The notes below the pieces were generated by a model, which was given only the letters and a program-made list of their open reading frames with translations, searched no databases and was not told where the DNA came from. Shown piece after piece: positions 50,871 to 64,000 of a stretch of 64,000 bases of DNA (positions within the stretch are counted from its first letter, which is position 1; each line of letters starts with the position of its first letter). Made by a program: the position numbers and the translations under genes. The stretch lies in contig NC_089432.1 of the NCBI RefSeq assembly GCF_026210795.1, forward strand, positions 496,001 to 560,000, in the 5' to 3' direction. Source of the stretch: Rhizophagus irregularis. Taxonomy: Eukaryota.

Positions 50871-52072
50871 TAATTAGATGTAAAATACATATTGAATTGA
50901 ACAAGTATTATGAAGCTAAAGGAGATTTGGATATGTTATTTAAATTTAGTGATAAATACATCAGTGCAAAATACATTTTTCTACAGATCAACGAATATAA
51001 TGTTGGAAACTGCTGGTAACTCATTCAAAATCACAATTTAGAAACGTTTATGTCATGTTGAATTATTAAGATATAGACATATTATTTGTTCCCATACCTG
51101 GATTTGAAATGAAGCCAATGATAGACTTTATTTATTCCATACATAGCCTTACTGTCATTAATATAATACATAGTCTCTATTCTCATGAATTACGAAATAC
51201 TATATTGTCCCGTGTTGTTTTTTGAATCTGTAATCTGAAAAACTAACCTCATTTGGCATTATGACCAGATTACCAGATTATCAACATTTTACGGTAAAGG
51301 AGATGCAATAGTTATTGCTGATTGTTATTGATGAGTCACAATTAGAGATCTAGATTTCACCGATCTATAGATGATAAAAGTAGCTTCACATGATGATAGA
51401 TAGATAGTATCTTATAATTTATTAATAAAGACTGATATTTTACTAATTGTTCTCTGTGTATTTTTGTTGTGAATTGGTCACTACAGGTGCACCAAGAAAG
51501 GTAGTACTGACTACTGACAGACAATTCCAGAAATATATTTTGTAATAAAACCTTTTAATTTACCCTATATTTTATTTTTGTTTATACAAAACTGGTGGCA
51601 TCTATTCCAGTTAAGATAACAACATGTAAATAAATAATCTATAAGAGTAAATCATATTGATCATGCATTATAAGCCACAATTATACATTATTAGTCATTA
51701 AGTTAACTCATATTACTAGTTTTAGACTAAGTAACTTTACTAACTTATAAATTAATTGATGTAATAAATGTGACTCATATGACTCATACATGATCTTGAT
51801 TTTTCTTATGAATCATAATAAATTATTATTAGTCACATAAGATTTTTACAAGTATATATACCCTTAAATTTTCTCAAGGAAAAATCAAATTTTCTCAAAT
51901 ATATTAAATCCAAATTTTCTGTATCAAATATTTTTCAAACACAATTTTCAATCAAGTATTTTCCAAACAAGTTTCAATCAAACATTAAATCTGAATTTTC
52001 TATATCAAATTTTTTATATCAAATCCAAATTTCAATTCAATTTTAAAATTTCAATTTAAAATTAATTCAAAA

Positions 52073-52516
52073 ATGTCTTATCAATTGTGTCCTAACATTA
52101 TCAATACTGTTCTCAATGAAATTCCCCTCAACAAATGCTACCACCATTATCAACCAACTGAATCAACCTTCCAATATCTACCATCATTTGCTATATATTT
52201 TTACATTCTTTTTATTATTTTACTCATGTCTACTGATATTATCAAATATATAATTATCCTAATTCTTCTTTCATTAAAACTCTCTTGTGCTGTTACAATC
52301 TTCCTTCTTACCCGACTTCTTTCATTTCCCAATGTATTACATTCTTTTGAACATTTATTATTCTCTCTATTATTATCACTTCTCCTTTATTTATTATCTA
52401 TATTATTATCAATCCTTCTCCATTTTCTTTATTTTCTCAATTGCATAATTTATATTCTTCTTTTTTCTTATCTATTTTGTAAATACTATTCTACTTTTAA
52501 TCCCACAGTAGTTTAG
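52073..52516 (+). CDS. Hypothetical very hydrophobic ORF (147 aa)
   Basis: ATG-initiated ORF; its composition could simply reflect pyrimidine-rich sequence; no recognisable motif. Confidence 0.25.
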   Translation: MSYQLCPNIINTVLNEIPLNKCYHHYQPTESTFQYLPSFAIYFYILFIILLMSTDIIKYIIILILLSLKLSCAVTIFLLTRLLSFPNVLHSFEHLLFSLLLSLLLYLLSILLSILLHFLYFLNCIIYILLFSYLFCKYYSTFNPTVV

Positions 52517-52649
52517 TCATCTTTTTCTTTCATTATTTTCAATTGACATATTTTTCAAAATTATCTTATATTATGTAGCTAGGTCCATTGCTTACCAAAT
52601 ATAGCATGGAGACATAATCTTTACCCTTTGGTCAACTTGGGATTACTTG

Positions 52650-52865
52650 GCCATTCTTAGATAGATAATTTTTACAGGGGGATCGTTTGCATCGCCCTTA
52701 ATTGGTGTCAGAGAGATCCTTTGTCTTGTAAAAATTTACCCTTTTTTGATCATTTGACCATTCTTAGATAGATAAATTTTACAAGGGGATCGTTTGCATC
52801 GCCCTTAATTGGTGTCAGAGAGATCCTTTGTCTTGTAAAAATTTATCTTTCTTTGATCATTTGAT
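52650..52865 (+). repeat. Tandem duplication of a ~108-bp hairpin unit
   Basis: Two copies of ccattcttagatagataa..ttttaca.ggggatcgtttgcatcgcccttaattggtgtcagagagatcctttgtcttgtaaaaattta..tttgatcatttga. Confidence 0.85.
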
Positions 52866-55059
52866 CTATCTCATGTGATTTCATTCTTCACATGTGATAC
52901 CCTTTATTTTATTCCTTTGTTGAGCTCTTTCCTTAATAACTTATTAACTCAACAATTATCCATCACCGTTGGTTCCACAATTTCTGTGTCCAAGTTCAAT
53001 TCTTGGAGGTGATTTTCTTACTTACTAATTAGTTTATCTTCAGTTTTCCATTGGGTTTGGTATAGTGTCTTCCTGTTTGTTAATTTATTTCTCTGATTCA
53101 TTGTAGTCCAGAGTAGTATTTTTTTGCGCAAATAATTTTTATTTTTTTTTATTTTAACATGATGACAGAACGAAGGTACAACATCATGTATCACTCTAAA
53201 ATAAATAAATGTCAAAAGTGATGGTTTTGAGGTTGACATCAAAGGTAAGATTATTGTTGTCTTAATTATTATAATTTAATTCGAAAATGCAACAATCAAC
53301 ATATTTATTGATACATATGATCATTACTTTTATTTGCTTTTCTTAATTCAATATATTCTGTCTTTTAACCTCCCATGCACACTCTTAAAAATAATTGGGT
53401 TTTAAAACAAAAAATCGAATTTAATTAATATGAAAAACATTTTACTGCACGATTATAATATCAAAAAAAAATTTATAGAATTATAAAGGTATCAAACAAC
53501 CATTGACATTCAAATAAATTTTTTTTTGTATTTTCATTTTTGTTAAATTCAATAAAATTATAGTATTGTCGCAAAATACAACAATAGTTGTATTCTTAAT
53601 TTCTAAACACCCAGTCCCAGTAGTTACTAGAACATAGGTTAATGTGGAATAGAGAAACTTTGTAAATTTTATGAAACAAAATTCAACTTTAGATTATTGA
53701 TAAAATACGAATGTCGGATAGATTATAAGATTATAATTTTTTTAATAAATTAGGGCAATTTGGGCACAGGTGAGCTTTAAAATAAGAGTTAAACATAACA
53801 CATACCATTGGGATAAATTGGTAATAATGTAAAAATAAACATGCATGTTTGAGTAAATAATAAAAGAAATTGTAATGTATACTAGTTTTATTTACAAGTT
53901 GACTTTATGATAGAGCTAGTAATTTTGTTCGATATAATTAAGAAGCAAGATTTTTCTTTAATTATTAATTAGTAATCCATGTACCAATCGGACCACCCCT
54001 TAAATCTGCATTTCCAATATAGGAATATCCACCAATTTTTAATCGAATAGATTGAAATTTTTAATGAAAAAACTTTGACATTTGCTTTATTTTATTAAAG
54101 TATCAAAAATAGCTCTTAAAAAAGTTAAACTTTCACCAATAAACTTTAAATTTCTTCAATTCGTAATTTGTGTAACCATCGACACAAAACCGAAAAATTT
54201 TTTCACTTAATAATTTGAAAATAAATACTTTAAATATGTTCAGAACTTATATTTTAAGATAAAATTACCATTTTTAAATTCCTAAAGATTGATTTATAAA
54301 AGTTTCATATAAGCATTAAAAATGGGAAAATGGATTATTGTTAGTTAACCTTAAAGTAGGAAATATTTTTACATTTATTATATCATTTTTTTTTAAATAT
54401 TCTATTAATATATGTCCAAAGTATATATGTGTGAATTTTGAGACTTCTTGCTAGTACTTTTATTAGAAAAAAAAATGATAAATAATTTTTACTAAAATTT
54501 CGCTAATTGATGATATTTAAAAGCAATTCGCAAAATTTTGAGTTTTGAAATACTTAAATTTATATTTTTACAAAATAGATTTAATCTCTAAGTTTTTTTT
54601 AAAAAAAAATTTAATTGGTTTGGCTAAAAATTGACCGACTTTACTTTTTTTGGAAGTGGAGATTTGATTTTGCCGATCACTAGGTCCGATTCATTCGTGG
54701 ATCGGCAATTAAGTATATTTTTAATTTGGCTATATTTATATAAATTTCTCCTAAAATTAAAATAAACTTAAAATTTTAGATGACAAATTAATTTGACTAA
54801 ATCCATTTGGTCGTTACAATTGTGATATCAGTCAGTTAGATACTCAATATTTAGCTTGAATTTTACTTATTCCTATTATCCTATACATGATTGATTAACC
54901 AATATTTAAACTATCTTATACTATTTTTAAAAAAAATTAAAAAATAAACTATTGAATTATATATAAGGTGTGACATGTAAAATATAATGGAGATTACCTT
55001 TTTTAGATAAGTAATTAAAAGTCTAAAATCTTTAAATTCATAAAAGAGAAATATTTTTT

Positions 55060-55500
55060 TTGTTTTATAGGTTCAAATCAACTCATTTAAAAATTACTTA
55101 AATTTTTCTTTACTTGTAGATTCTGGTATTCTGGTATTGAGAAAAAAAAATCACAATTATTTTTTTCTATTTGCAAGTTCTGATATATAAAAAAAACTTA
55201 TTCTTTTTTGCTTGTAGATGCCAGTATTGAGAAGAAAATACATTTGCAATTACTGATATTGAGAAAAAAAACTAATTTTTCTCTTTTGTAAGTTCCGGTA
55301 TTGAGAATCCTTATTTGTAGGTACTGATATGAAAAAGAATAATCTTTAATTTTTTTTCCATTTATAGGTTACGGTTAGAGGAAAAAAAAATTAAATTATT
55401 TACTCAATTCTAGGTTTTGGTATGGAGAAAAAAAAAAATATTAACCATTTTGGCGTACTGGTATTAAGATAAAAAATTCTCTTTTTTTCTTGTAGTTGTT
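55060..55500 (+). repeat. Degenerate tandem repeat (ttgtag..ctggtattgagaaaaaaa units)
   Basis: About 8 imperfect copies of a 40-60-bp unit. Confidence 0.6.
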
Positions 55501-56822
55501 TCCAAACTTGCATTCCGATCTGATAAAAAAAATTTTTTGGGATTTTTTTTTGTGATTTTCGGTATACCAATTTTAAGAAAAAAAATCAATTTTTAAATGC
55601 CATTTGAGTATTTTTTCTTATTTATTTATGAAAAAAAGCTGTTTCGGTTATTTTTATTTATTCATGAAAAAATGCGTACAGCTAATAGTAAATTTTTTGG
55701 CCGCCACGGAATTATGATAATTTCAATTTCGGTCAGCATCAAAAAAAAGTAATACCTTTCCACCAGGAATTAACTATATAAGGAAAGATTTTCATGATTT
55801 TTTTTTCCTGATTGTACGCAAACTTGAACCTTACCTCTTTATGTATATTTCGGTGTCCTACTTCGACGCTTTTTTATTATTTATGAAAAATCCAGAATGT
55901 CATATTTTTATTTTTTTGAGAGAAATGCTGGAATGGCATTTTAACCCCTCTTAAACCAGTAAAAACTAGATAAGTTGCCGTAGAAAAAACCATATATATT
56001 AACCTAATAATAATTAATCTACGTTGGCGCTATGAAGCTAGGCATTTTTTTATAAAAATAAAGTGAAAAAAAATGCCATTTCGGATTTCTCTCGTAAGAA
56101 AATAAAGTGGGTGAATTATAGAAATGGTTTTAAAAGATATGTATATAGATTTTAAATAGTTTCGTTATAATTACTACCTCACCGACGAATTATTATTTTT
56201 TTATTCTCATTTTCAATTTTAATTTGTTTATAATAATTACTATATGTATCCTAACTTTTATCTGTTAAATGAAAATAAAAATAAAGAATAAGGGTGATAC
56301 AAATTTTCCCAACATATACAGTTGTTTTACTTTGAAGAAGTTCTACCGAAATACAGTATTACTTAGATACTGTAATTAGATAATGAATCGGAAAAACGAT
56401 TTCATTATCTCACGGTTTTAGTAAATATTACCAGATAATCGCTTTTTCAAATTAATACGGATAATCAGTGTATTACCCGATAATCAGATTAAAAGCGATT
56501 TATTTATTTTAATTATGTTTATTGTTTTTTCTTAATTTAAAATGCAACAGTTAATTAAATTAGAAATCAGAAATCAAAGTACAGTAAAGCCATAATTAGT
56601 TATTATTGTATGACTAACTTCTTCTAGAATTTCTTTCTGGTTGTTCTCTATACGTCATACATAACACTAGTGATACATCAGATATTGGTGAAACAGACTC
56701 GGAATTTCCGAAGTTAAACAAATGAATTCTATTTAGGAAAACCTTGAAAGATTAAAATTAGATATATATATACTTCTAACGTTTGAAAAAAAATAATAAA
56801 TTTGAAAAATTTAATTTGCATA

Positions 56823-58313
56823 ATGTTGGCTATTCGAAATTATTTAGTTAACGCCACGGTCAAAAAAGCATATGTATTAACAAATAAAAATATTCGTGAA
56901 AATATAGATGAATATTATGAATCATTGCAACAAAGTATTCATGCTGATAAGTCACTTACAAATGATGAAAAGATCAAAGCAGAAAAAATTCTAATAAAAA
57001 CTATGATTCTGATAAAATTAATTATAATAATGGGAAAAAAAGAATTTGTGAATATTGTATAAAAGAATGTTTAGCAAAATTCTTCTGTGAGAATTGTATC
57101 CGAAATTATTTAAAAAATAATTTTATAAATTGGACATCTGGAAATGATAATATGGACAGCTTAATTCGGAAATGTCAAATGAAATCACGTTCTCCAGATA
57201 AGATAATTGAATGGATCCCATATAATAATTTACAAAATATTGAATATCTAACTTCTGGTGGATTCTCCGAAATTTATATTGCAGATTGGATTGGTGGAGG
57301 TTATAATAATTGGGATGGTGAAAAGCAACAATTAACAAGAAATGGTACTATAAAAGTAATACTTAAAATTTTAGAAAATATCAAAAATAAAAGTTGGTTT
57401 TATGAGGTTTGTAATATAAAATTTATGTATATTATAAAAAAATATATAAATTATAAATGATAATATGGTTTAAAATAATCTTTTATAGATAAAATCTCAT
57501 CTATCCATAGCTAATAAGTCAACATTTATAGTACAATGTCATGGTATAACTCAAGACCCATCAAATGGAAATTTTATCCTTGTAATAAAAAAATTAGACA
57601 CAGATTTAAGAAAATATTTACAAGCTAATCATATTAAGCTTACATGGAAAGAAAGAACAAAAATTGCTTATAATATAATTGATGCACTTCATAGAATTCA
57701 AAATGAAAATGAAATTCATAGGGATTTGCATTCGGGAAACGTATTATATTATCAACGTACAAATTCTTGGTTTATTAGTGATTTTGGACTTTGTGGACCT
57801 GTTGATAAACAATTAGGAAATATATACGGAAATCTTCCTTATATAGCACCAGAAATTTTTGAAGGAAAAGGATATGATTTTTCATCTGATATTTATAGTA
57901 TTGGTATGCTTATGTGGGAAATCTCGTCTGGAGAACCACCTTTTATTGAAGAACGCGATAAGTATGGTTTTGTAATGAAAATAATAGCCGGATTTAGACC
58001 AGAAGTATTACCAGGAACTCCTTTGGAATATAGAGAATTAATGGAACAATGTTGGGATGCTGATTTAACAAAAAGACCTGATATTAATACTCTATTTAAT
58101 AAAATAAAACATATTTACAAATCATATTTTCAAAATGAAAATGATGTTGAACAACAAACAAATTATGTCCCAACTATCAACAACTCTCAGTTGTGTACAA
58201 GTTCTAGTGTGAGCCATAGTTTCAGTAATTCCATTTATAGAAATTCTAGTAACGAAGTTTATAATTTAAGAGATTTACTGAGCAAACAAAATTTAACAAA
58301 AGGTAAATATTAA
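56823..58313 (+). pseudogene. TKL-type kinase with one frameshift near 56995 (pseudogene or assembly indel)
   Basis: MLAIRNYLV.. then a frameshift into YDSDKI..CEYC..CENC..NWTSGN; SGGFS, VILK, intron ~57407-57488, HRDLHSGN, DFG, PYIAPE. Possible further small exons lie downstream. Confidence 0.8.
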
Positions 58314-58538
58314 TTTTTAGAAATTACGATTAATTTTAAAATTCTAGTAATTATTTTAATCTTTTTTTTAAATTAATACTTAACAAACTTAATATATGTG
58401 TATAATAATAAAATTGTTTCTTATAGATTATTATAGTATACAATTTGACTACGATTTACAGGATGGTTCGATTACTTGGTAAGAATAATAATCGAATGCA
58501 TATTAATTTGGAATTTCTTATTATATTATTTTAATATC

Positions 58539-59085
58539 TATCCCTTAAACTGTAGGGGTTAAAATTAATTTTAAAAATTTTTGAATTTTTAAAATATCTT
58601 AAGATCTAGTGATCATAGAAAGATGAAATTATATTTGTTAGATTCCTCTTATTAAGGCGCATTTAATGGTAATAAAATCATAACTCTAAAATTGATAGAT
58701 AAATGTTATATTAATTTATAAATTTTTAGATTTTATAAGTTATCCTGTCACATAATATTTGTAGAAGGACAATTTTTATTTTTATTAGATTCTTCTTATT
58801 GTGACGCATCAAATGATGGTAAATTTATATTTCTAGGGTTAATAGATAAAAAGATATTTCAATTTAAAAAATTTAGCTACTATTTGTTATAATTTGTCGA
58901 TCATTTACTTTTGAAAAATCATTATCCAAATTGAACTTTTTTTTCGATTTTTACTTAGAAAATACTATAGAATTTATTATAAAAATATTGGTTTATATAA
59001 TAAAATATTTTAAGGTATTTAAAAGTGTCTTTAATTAAAAAACAAAATTGCAGGCAAATTTGGCTGCAAAACAGTTTAAGGGATA
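58539..59085. mobile_element. MITE with 15-bp inverted ends
   Basis: TATCCCTTAAACTGT (58539-58553) and ACAGTTTAAGGGATA (59071-59085); the outer TA may be the TSD. Confidence 0.75.
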
Positions 59086-60641
59086 ACTTAATTTCAAAAT
59101 GATAATTAGCAATAGGTAACAAATTTAACAAAAGAAATTAATTTAATGGTAATTATTATTAAATTGACGTTTTTCATTTCATAATTTTTAAAACGATATA
59201 TAATAATAAATTCTAATAACCTAATTGATAATTTATATCTATACTCAAACCCAATTATAATTTTAATTTCAACAATTATTTTTTATATAAAGGTGAAATA
59301 TATAATCAAAATCTTCATGAAGAATTGAAGAATAAGGTAAGATCTTATATTATTGTAATTTTTATAGTACGATTCTAAAGATCCTAACTACGTATTGAAT
59401 TAAATTTATATAATATTATAATGAATCGTTTAGTTAATTTAACAATGGCAGTAATACTTGCAAATTTTCTCAATTTGTAATTTTAAATTAATTCATATTA
59501 TTATTTTATTTATTATAAATGTATACATATATAAATAACTTTTCTTTAGCAAACTTCATAGCTTATCATTATATACCATAAATAAATATAAATTTACATA
59601 TATTCTTCAATTCGTCTTATCGTTATAGTTTTTTTTTTTGCACTAAGATTACTAAGATTGTAAGTCGATTTATTTAAGTGATTAATAGTACAATATTATA
59701 TATACAAAAATTACAAGATAAAAAGAACTATTGGTTCCCCTGACTAAGCCGTATTGATTAGTGTGTCAATCCGTTGATTAATCGGATAAACGGATTATCA
59801 TATTAAAATTTTATAAAAATAAGTGTGGCCATAATTATCCAATTATGGATAAGTAAACGGATATTTGAGTCTGTAACGCCTAGTTCTTATTAACTTTAGT
59901 CAACCATTTACCAGTTTATACTGCGGGATAATCATCTAATATGATGATTTAAACTTATTTTGATAATGCAGATTTTTGGGTAAATCCAATATCCATTTAT
60001 CCGATAACACACTACCCCTGATTGCCTGATCGTTATTATGGTTAGAGTAGTTTGAGTGGCTGTCGAGGTCATGTGCACGTTCCAATGGCCAATCAAAGAA
60101 AATTTTTGTTACTAATCCAGTTCCGGTTGTGATAGGAATTTTTTTGTGATGCTAAAGTTTTTATTGATTAACTAGATGCCCGTCTCCAGGATGCTAAAAT
60201 AGTGACCCTTTAATTATTACTAGCATAGTAAATAACTCGCTCATACGAAACTTCTATGCAAATTACATTTATTTATAATTACATTTCTATCATCAAATGT
60301 TAACTGGAACAAAAAAAAATTAGGTTGGAGAAAAACTAAAAACCTTATTACTAAGGAATTTTCAAATCATTATGAAATTTCAAATTTACCAAAGAAATAT
60401 CATGTTAAAACTAATTCACATGTTCATTTATGAAAAAAATTGCTCCAATAATTTGTTAGTAAGAATTTAATTTATCGAAATTTAGATTTATTATAGTAAT
60501 TTTTCCTTTAAGTCAGAACTTTTTGTAACAATATTTAAAATCTATTTTCATATTCACACTAAATCTGCTACCTTTAATAAAACGTCGTATTCATGATCAC
60601 ATTAATATTATAAATTACTCATTGTACTAGTTAAATATAAT

Positions 60642-61649
60642 TTATTTCTTTAAAAGAAATTTCAATTTACTTTGAGCATATTCATATCCTTGTTTAAAAG
60701 ATTTTTTATACCAATAAATGGCTTGATTCATATCTTTTTTAATTCCATCTCCATTCTCATACATCAAAGCAAGTTTACATTGAGCAAATTTATTTTCCAT
60801 ATTTGCTGCCTTCTTATATAATTCTAAAGCTTTCTGCTTATTAATTTTAACCTCAATTCCATCTTTATAAAAATTTCCTAATTTAATCATTCCAGTTGAA
60901 TTTCCTAAATCTGCTGCTTTTTGATATAATTCGAATGATTTTTGTTTATTAACTTCAGTTCCAATTCCATTGTAATAGCAAAATCCTAAATTAATCATTC
61001 CAGTTGAATTTCCTAAATCTGTCGCTTTTTGATATAATTCAAAAGCTTTTTTATAATCAGGATAAGTTCCAATTCCTTTGTGATAACAATATCCTAATGA
61101 ATATATTCCACTAGGAAATTCTTTTTTTGCTAATTTTTCAGTTAATTTAAATACTTTTTCATGATTTTTATCAACCCCTCTTCCACATACATACATTATA
61201 GCAAGTTCACATTGAGCTGCATTATTTTCCAAATCTACTGCTTTTTGATATAATTCAAATGATTTTTGTATATTCGTATCCATTCCAATTCCGTTATAAT
61301 TAAAATATCCGAGTAAATAAATAGAATTGGAATCATCCTGATTATTTAAAAGCCAACTAATGACTTCATTTAAATTTATCTTAAGATTATTAATATAATC
61401 AAGAATGTGTTGCTTTCTTACATTATAATCTTTTCCTTCATTTATTTCTTTAAAATATAAATTTACCAAATCATCAATTACAATATTTAAGTCTTCTTCA
61501 AAAATATTTTCGTGAATATCTTGAATTGTTGATTTTATTTCTTTTATATTTATTTTATCAAAATTTTGAATAATTTGAGATAATTCTCCATACATTTGAT
61601 GTTTATTATCTTTTTGATAATGTCCGCTAATTTCAGCGCTATCATTCAT
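60642..61649 (-). CDS. Sel1-like repeat (SLR) protein, 335 aa
   Basis: About six LG.CY..GIG....KAFELYQKAA.LGN repeats. Confidence 0.92.
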   Translation of the reverse strand: MNDSAEISGHYQKDNKHQMYGELSQIIQNFDKINIKEIKSTIQDIHENIFEEDLNIVIDDLVNLYFKEINEGKDYNVRKQHILDYINNLKINLNEVISWLLNNQDDSNSIYLLGYFNYNGIGMDTNIQKSFELYQKAVDLENNAAQCELAIMYVCGRGVDKNHEKVFKLTEKLAKKEFPSGIYSLGYCYHKGIGTYPDYKKAFELYQKATDLGNSTGMINLGFCYYNGIGTEVNKQKSFELYQKAADLGNSTGMIKLGNFYKDGIEVKINKQKALELYKKAANMENKFAQCKLALMYENGDGIKKDMNQAIYWYKKSFKQGYEYAQSKLKFLLKK

Positions 61650-63169
61650 TTTGAAGAATAATAAAAAAATTTTTTATTTCACACATATTTATTTATTTAT
61701 TGGTAGTACTGCAGATCAAGTTTACTGCACACCTAGCAAATTATACTTCTCTGATCGTCATCAGTTGAAGTGTAACAAAGGACGATTACAAAGATTTCTA
61801 GATACTCGCCTGCACTACCCGTTAGATAACTGTGATCGATGCTGATTGGTTTCTGCTGTCACATAATGATGTCAATGTGTATCATATTATCAATTTCATT
61901 ACGTAGTCAATAAATAATTACCGTAAATTAAAAAACATTGACTATTATTTTGGTTTATATATAATAGTTATTGCGTCAGCAGTAGTATTAAAAGGTATAA
62001 CTAAACCGTAAAACTTATTAAATAAGGATTAATTTGTAGTCATATTTAACTGATAAAAAAAAATATCAATTATTTAACTATTAACAAAAAATATCAGTCC
62101 GTCAAAATCAGAATGATCCTAATAAACTGACCAATAACGTATAAATATTAAGTTAGTGAAAATTATAACATATTAAATTTTTATTCCTAAAGTAAATCAT
62201 TGGATGATTCTGGTAGTGATGGGTTTTTGGATGTTGTAGTTGTAGATGGTTTGGTTATATTTTATTTTATTTTTCTCTTTCACAGAATGAAATCAAAAGC
62301 CTCATCTATTGGTGATTTTGCAATGGAGTGGAATTAAAAGTCACGCAAGAACTATAGAAATGGATAATTTTCATAGTTTAATATACGAATATTTTTCAAC
62401 TCTATATAATACATATTGCATACTTCTTCTCATAAATATGTATTTATGTATGACACAATAAAAATACTAAACCATGGTTAATAAAAATAGAAATACTATA
62501 ATGCGGGAATTATTGTCAGGCCCATAATTTGGAAATGATATCAAACTAGATGGATTATAATGAAATTTTTGTGAAATGACACTTTTTATTAAAAGAAGAT
62601 GGCGTTGAATTTCAATAAATATATATTATAAAAAACAGTATTGAATTCTACAATTGTAACAATAGTATACTTTTAGATTATAAAAATTCGCCATAATAAA
62701 TAATATTACGCCGCATCAGTATAGCACAATTTCATGCAATAAGATTTATTCCACATGGAATTTCTCTTTCTGCTGATTTTTCAAATAGTTCAAAAGCTAC
62801 AATTCAAATACATACAAATAAGTAATATCATATTAAAATATACTACACAGTATTTCCCTCATAAAAAATTTATATCATATTCACGGAGTTTTACAGAAAT
62901 TACGGATAAAATTTTTACAGGGTCCATCATTGGTATACTGTAATTTAGATAAATTAAATATTGTATATACAGTATACAATTTTAACAACTTGTTAAAGAT
63001 TACAAATATTTAATACAAACGAATACTTAATATCTTAATATCTTTAATGGTATATTTGTATGTCCATATTATGGTAAATTTACAAATTAAATTATTTAGA
63101 TACAGTATTTGATGATAAAAAGTTAAAAATTTCAATAATAATAAAAGATAAATACTTTTTTGATAATTA

Positions 63170-63640
63170 ACATCAATTCCAATTCCATGATAACAACGAT
63201 TACCTAATTATTTATTCCTTTCCTAAACGTATGTTCTATATGAATTTCTAAATTTGCTGACTTTTGATATAATTCAAATACCTTTTGTGAATCAATGACA
63301 GTTCCCATTCCACTTTTATAATAACTTCCTAACTGATTGGCCCACCTGGATGTTCTTTCAGATAATTTAAAATTTTATCATAATTTTACTTCCATCCATA
63401 TACAAAATATCATTAAACTACTTTGTTTTTTAATTCTAGTACTTCTTTCTGAAATACTGAGTCAATTGCAATTTATTTGTTGACAATCACTCCAATTCCA
63501 TGAAAATTAAAATATCTAATTAAATAGATAGAATTTGAATCATTCTGATTATTTATAAGCCATTGATGACGAATTTTCTATAAAGTTATCTATATAAATC
63601 AAGAACAATTTTTATCTTTTCCTTCATTTATTTCAAATAT
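63170..63640 (-). pseudogene. Decayed Sel1-repeat paralogue
   Basis: The minus strand reads QWLINNQNDSNSIYLIRYFNFHGIG and LGSYYKSGMGTVIDSQKVFELYQKSANL, matching the 60642-61649 protein, with frameshifts. Confidence 0.7.
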
Positions 63641-63959
63641 CAATAAGAAAATTGCTAAAGATAAAATAAAGATTAATGAGATAAGTCTAAATTAAAAAAT
63701 TTTATGTGATATTTTCGATATTTATCATATTCATGATAATTATTTAATATATTTTTTAATCATTGCATGATTTTTAAAAATAAACTTGTTATTTTGCTAT
63801 GCTAAATAATATTTTCCAATATAAACATATAAATAGACCAAATTCAATCTTACCCCAAGATAGGACACATTCAACTGAAGATAGTTTGAATATTACTGCT
63901 GAGATTGGGACATTTGGTTGTACTTCAACTTGATTATTCTAAATTAGCATAGATAAATT

Positions 63960-64000
63960 GGACCCAAGTTGGTTTTAACATGTTAATTTTGGCAAATTTA
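63960..64000 (+). repeat. Dispersed repeat shared with ~43947-43988
   Basis: ggacccaagttggttttaacatgttaattttggcaaattta is identical in both places; it runs off the window end. Confidence 0.7.

Noticed and set aside
53700..54050. Possible decayed coding fragment on the minus strand
   Set aside because: No sustained reading frame or recognisable motif.

Overview
Very AT-rich eukaryotic DNA with short GT-AG introns. The gene content (expanded TKL-type kinases, a Sel1-repeat protein, an F-box/LRR protein, an Argonaute, small secreted Cys proteins) looks like an arbuscular mycorrhizal fungus (Glomeromycotina, Rhizophagus-like); this assignment is inferred from gene families only. Host genes: a 13-exon Argonaute with an intact DEDH tetrad (8603-12144), bracketed by two copies of a small secreted protein gene; two closely related kinase paralogues; further broken kinase, F-box and Sel1 copies. 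The middle of the window is a transposon nest. It holds a full-length 8-kb LINE (ORF1; APE-RT-RNase H ORF2 with one nonsense codon; 19-bp TSD), set head-to-head with an intact ORF1-only retroelement (17-bp TSD, poly-A). It also holds a second decayed ORF1-only retrocopy, a short poly-A retroinsert, hAT MITEs with 8-bp TSDs, a CCCTATA-ended element with a 3-bp TSD that disrupts a kinase, and two inverted 60-bp satellite arrays. Main leads: (1) ORF1-only retroelements, one sharing a 5'-UTR motif with the autonomous LINE; (2) a 13-7-13 recombinase-site-like palindrome inside a ~100-bp hairpin, recurring in unrelated elements; (3) patchy hypervariation between the kinase paralogues despite a near-identical intron; (4) a 49-bp intronic micro-inversion between the secreted-protein paralogues. 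All alignments were done by eye.
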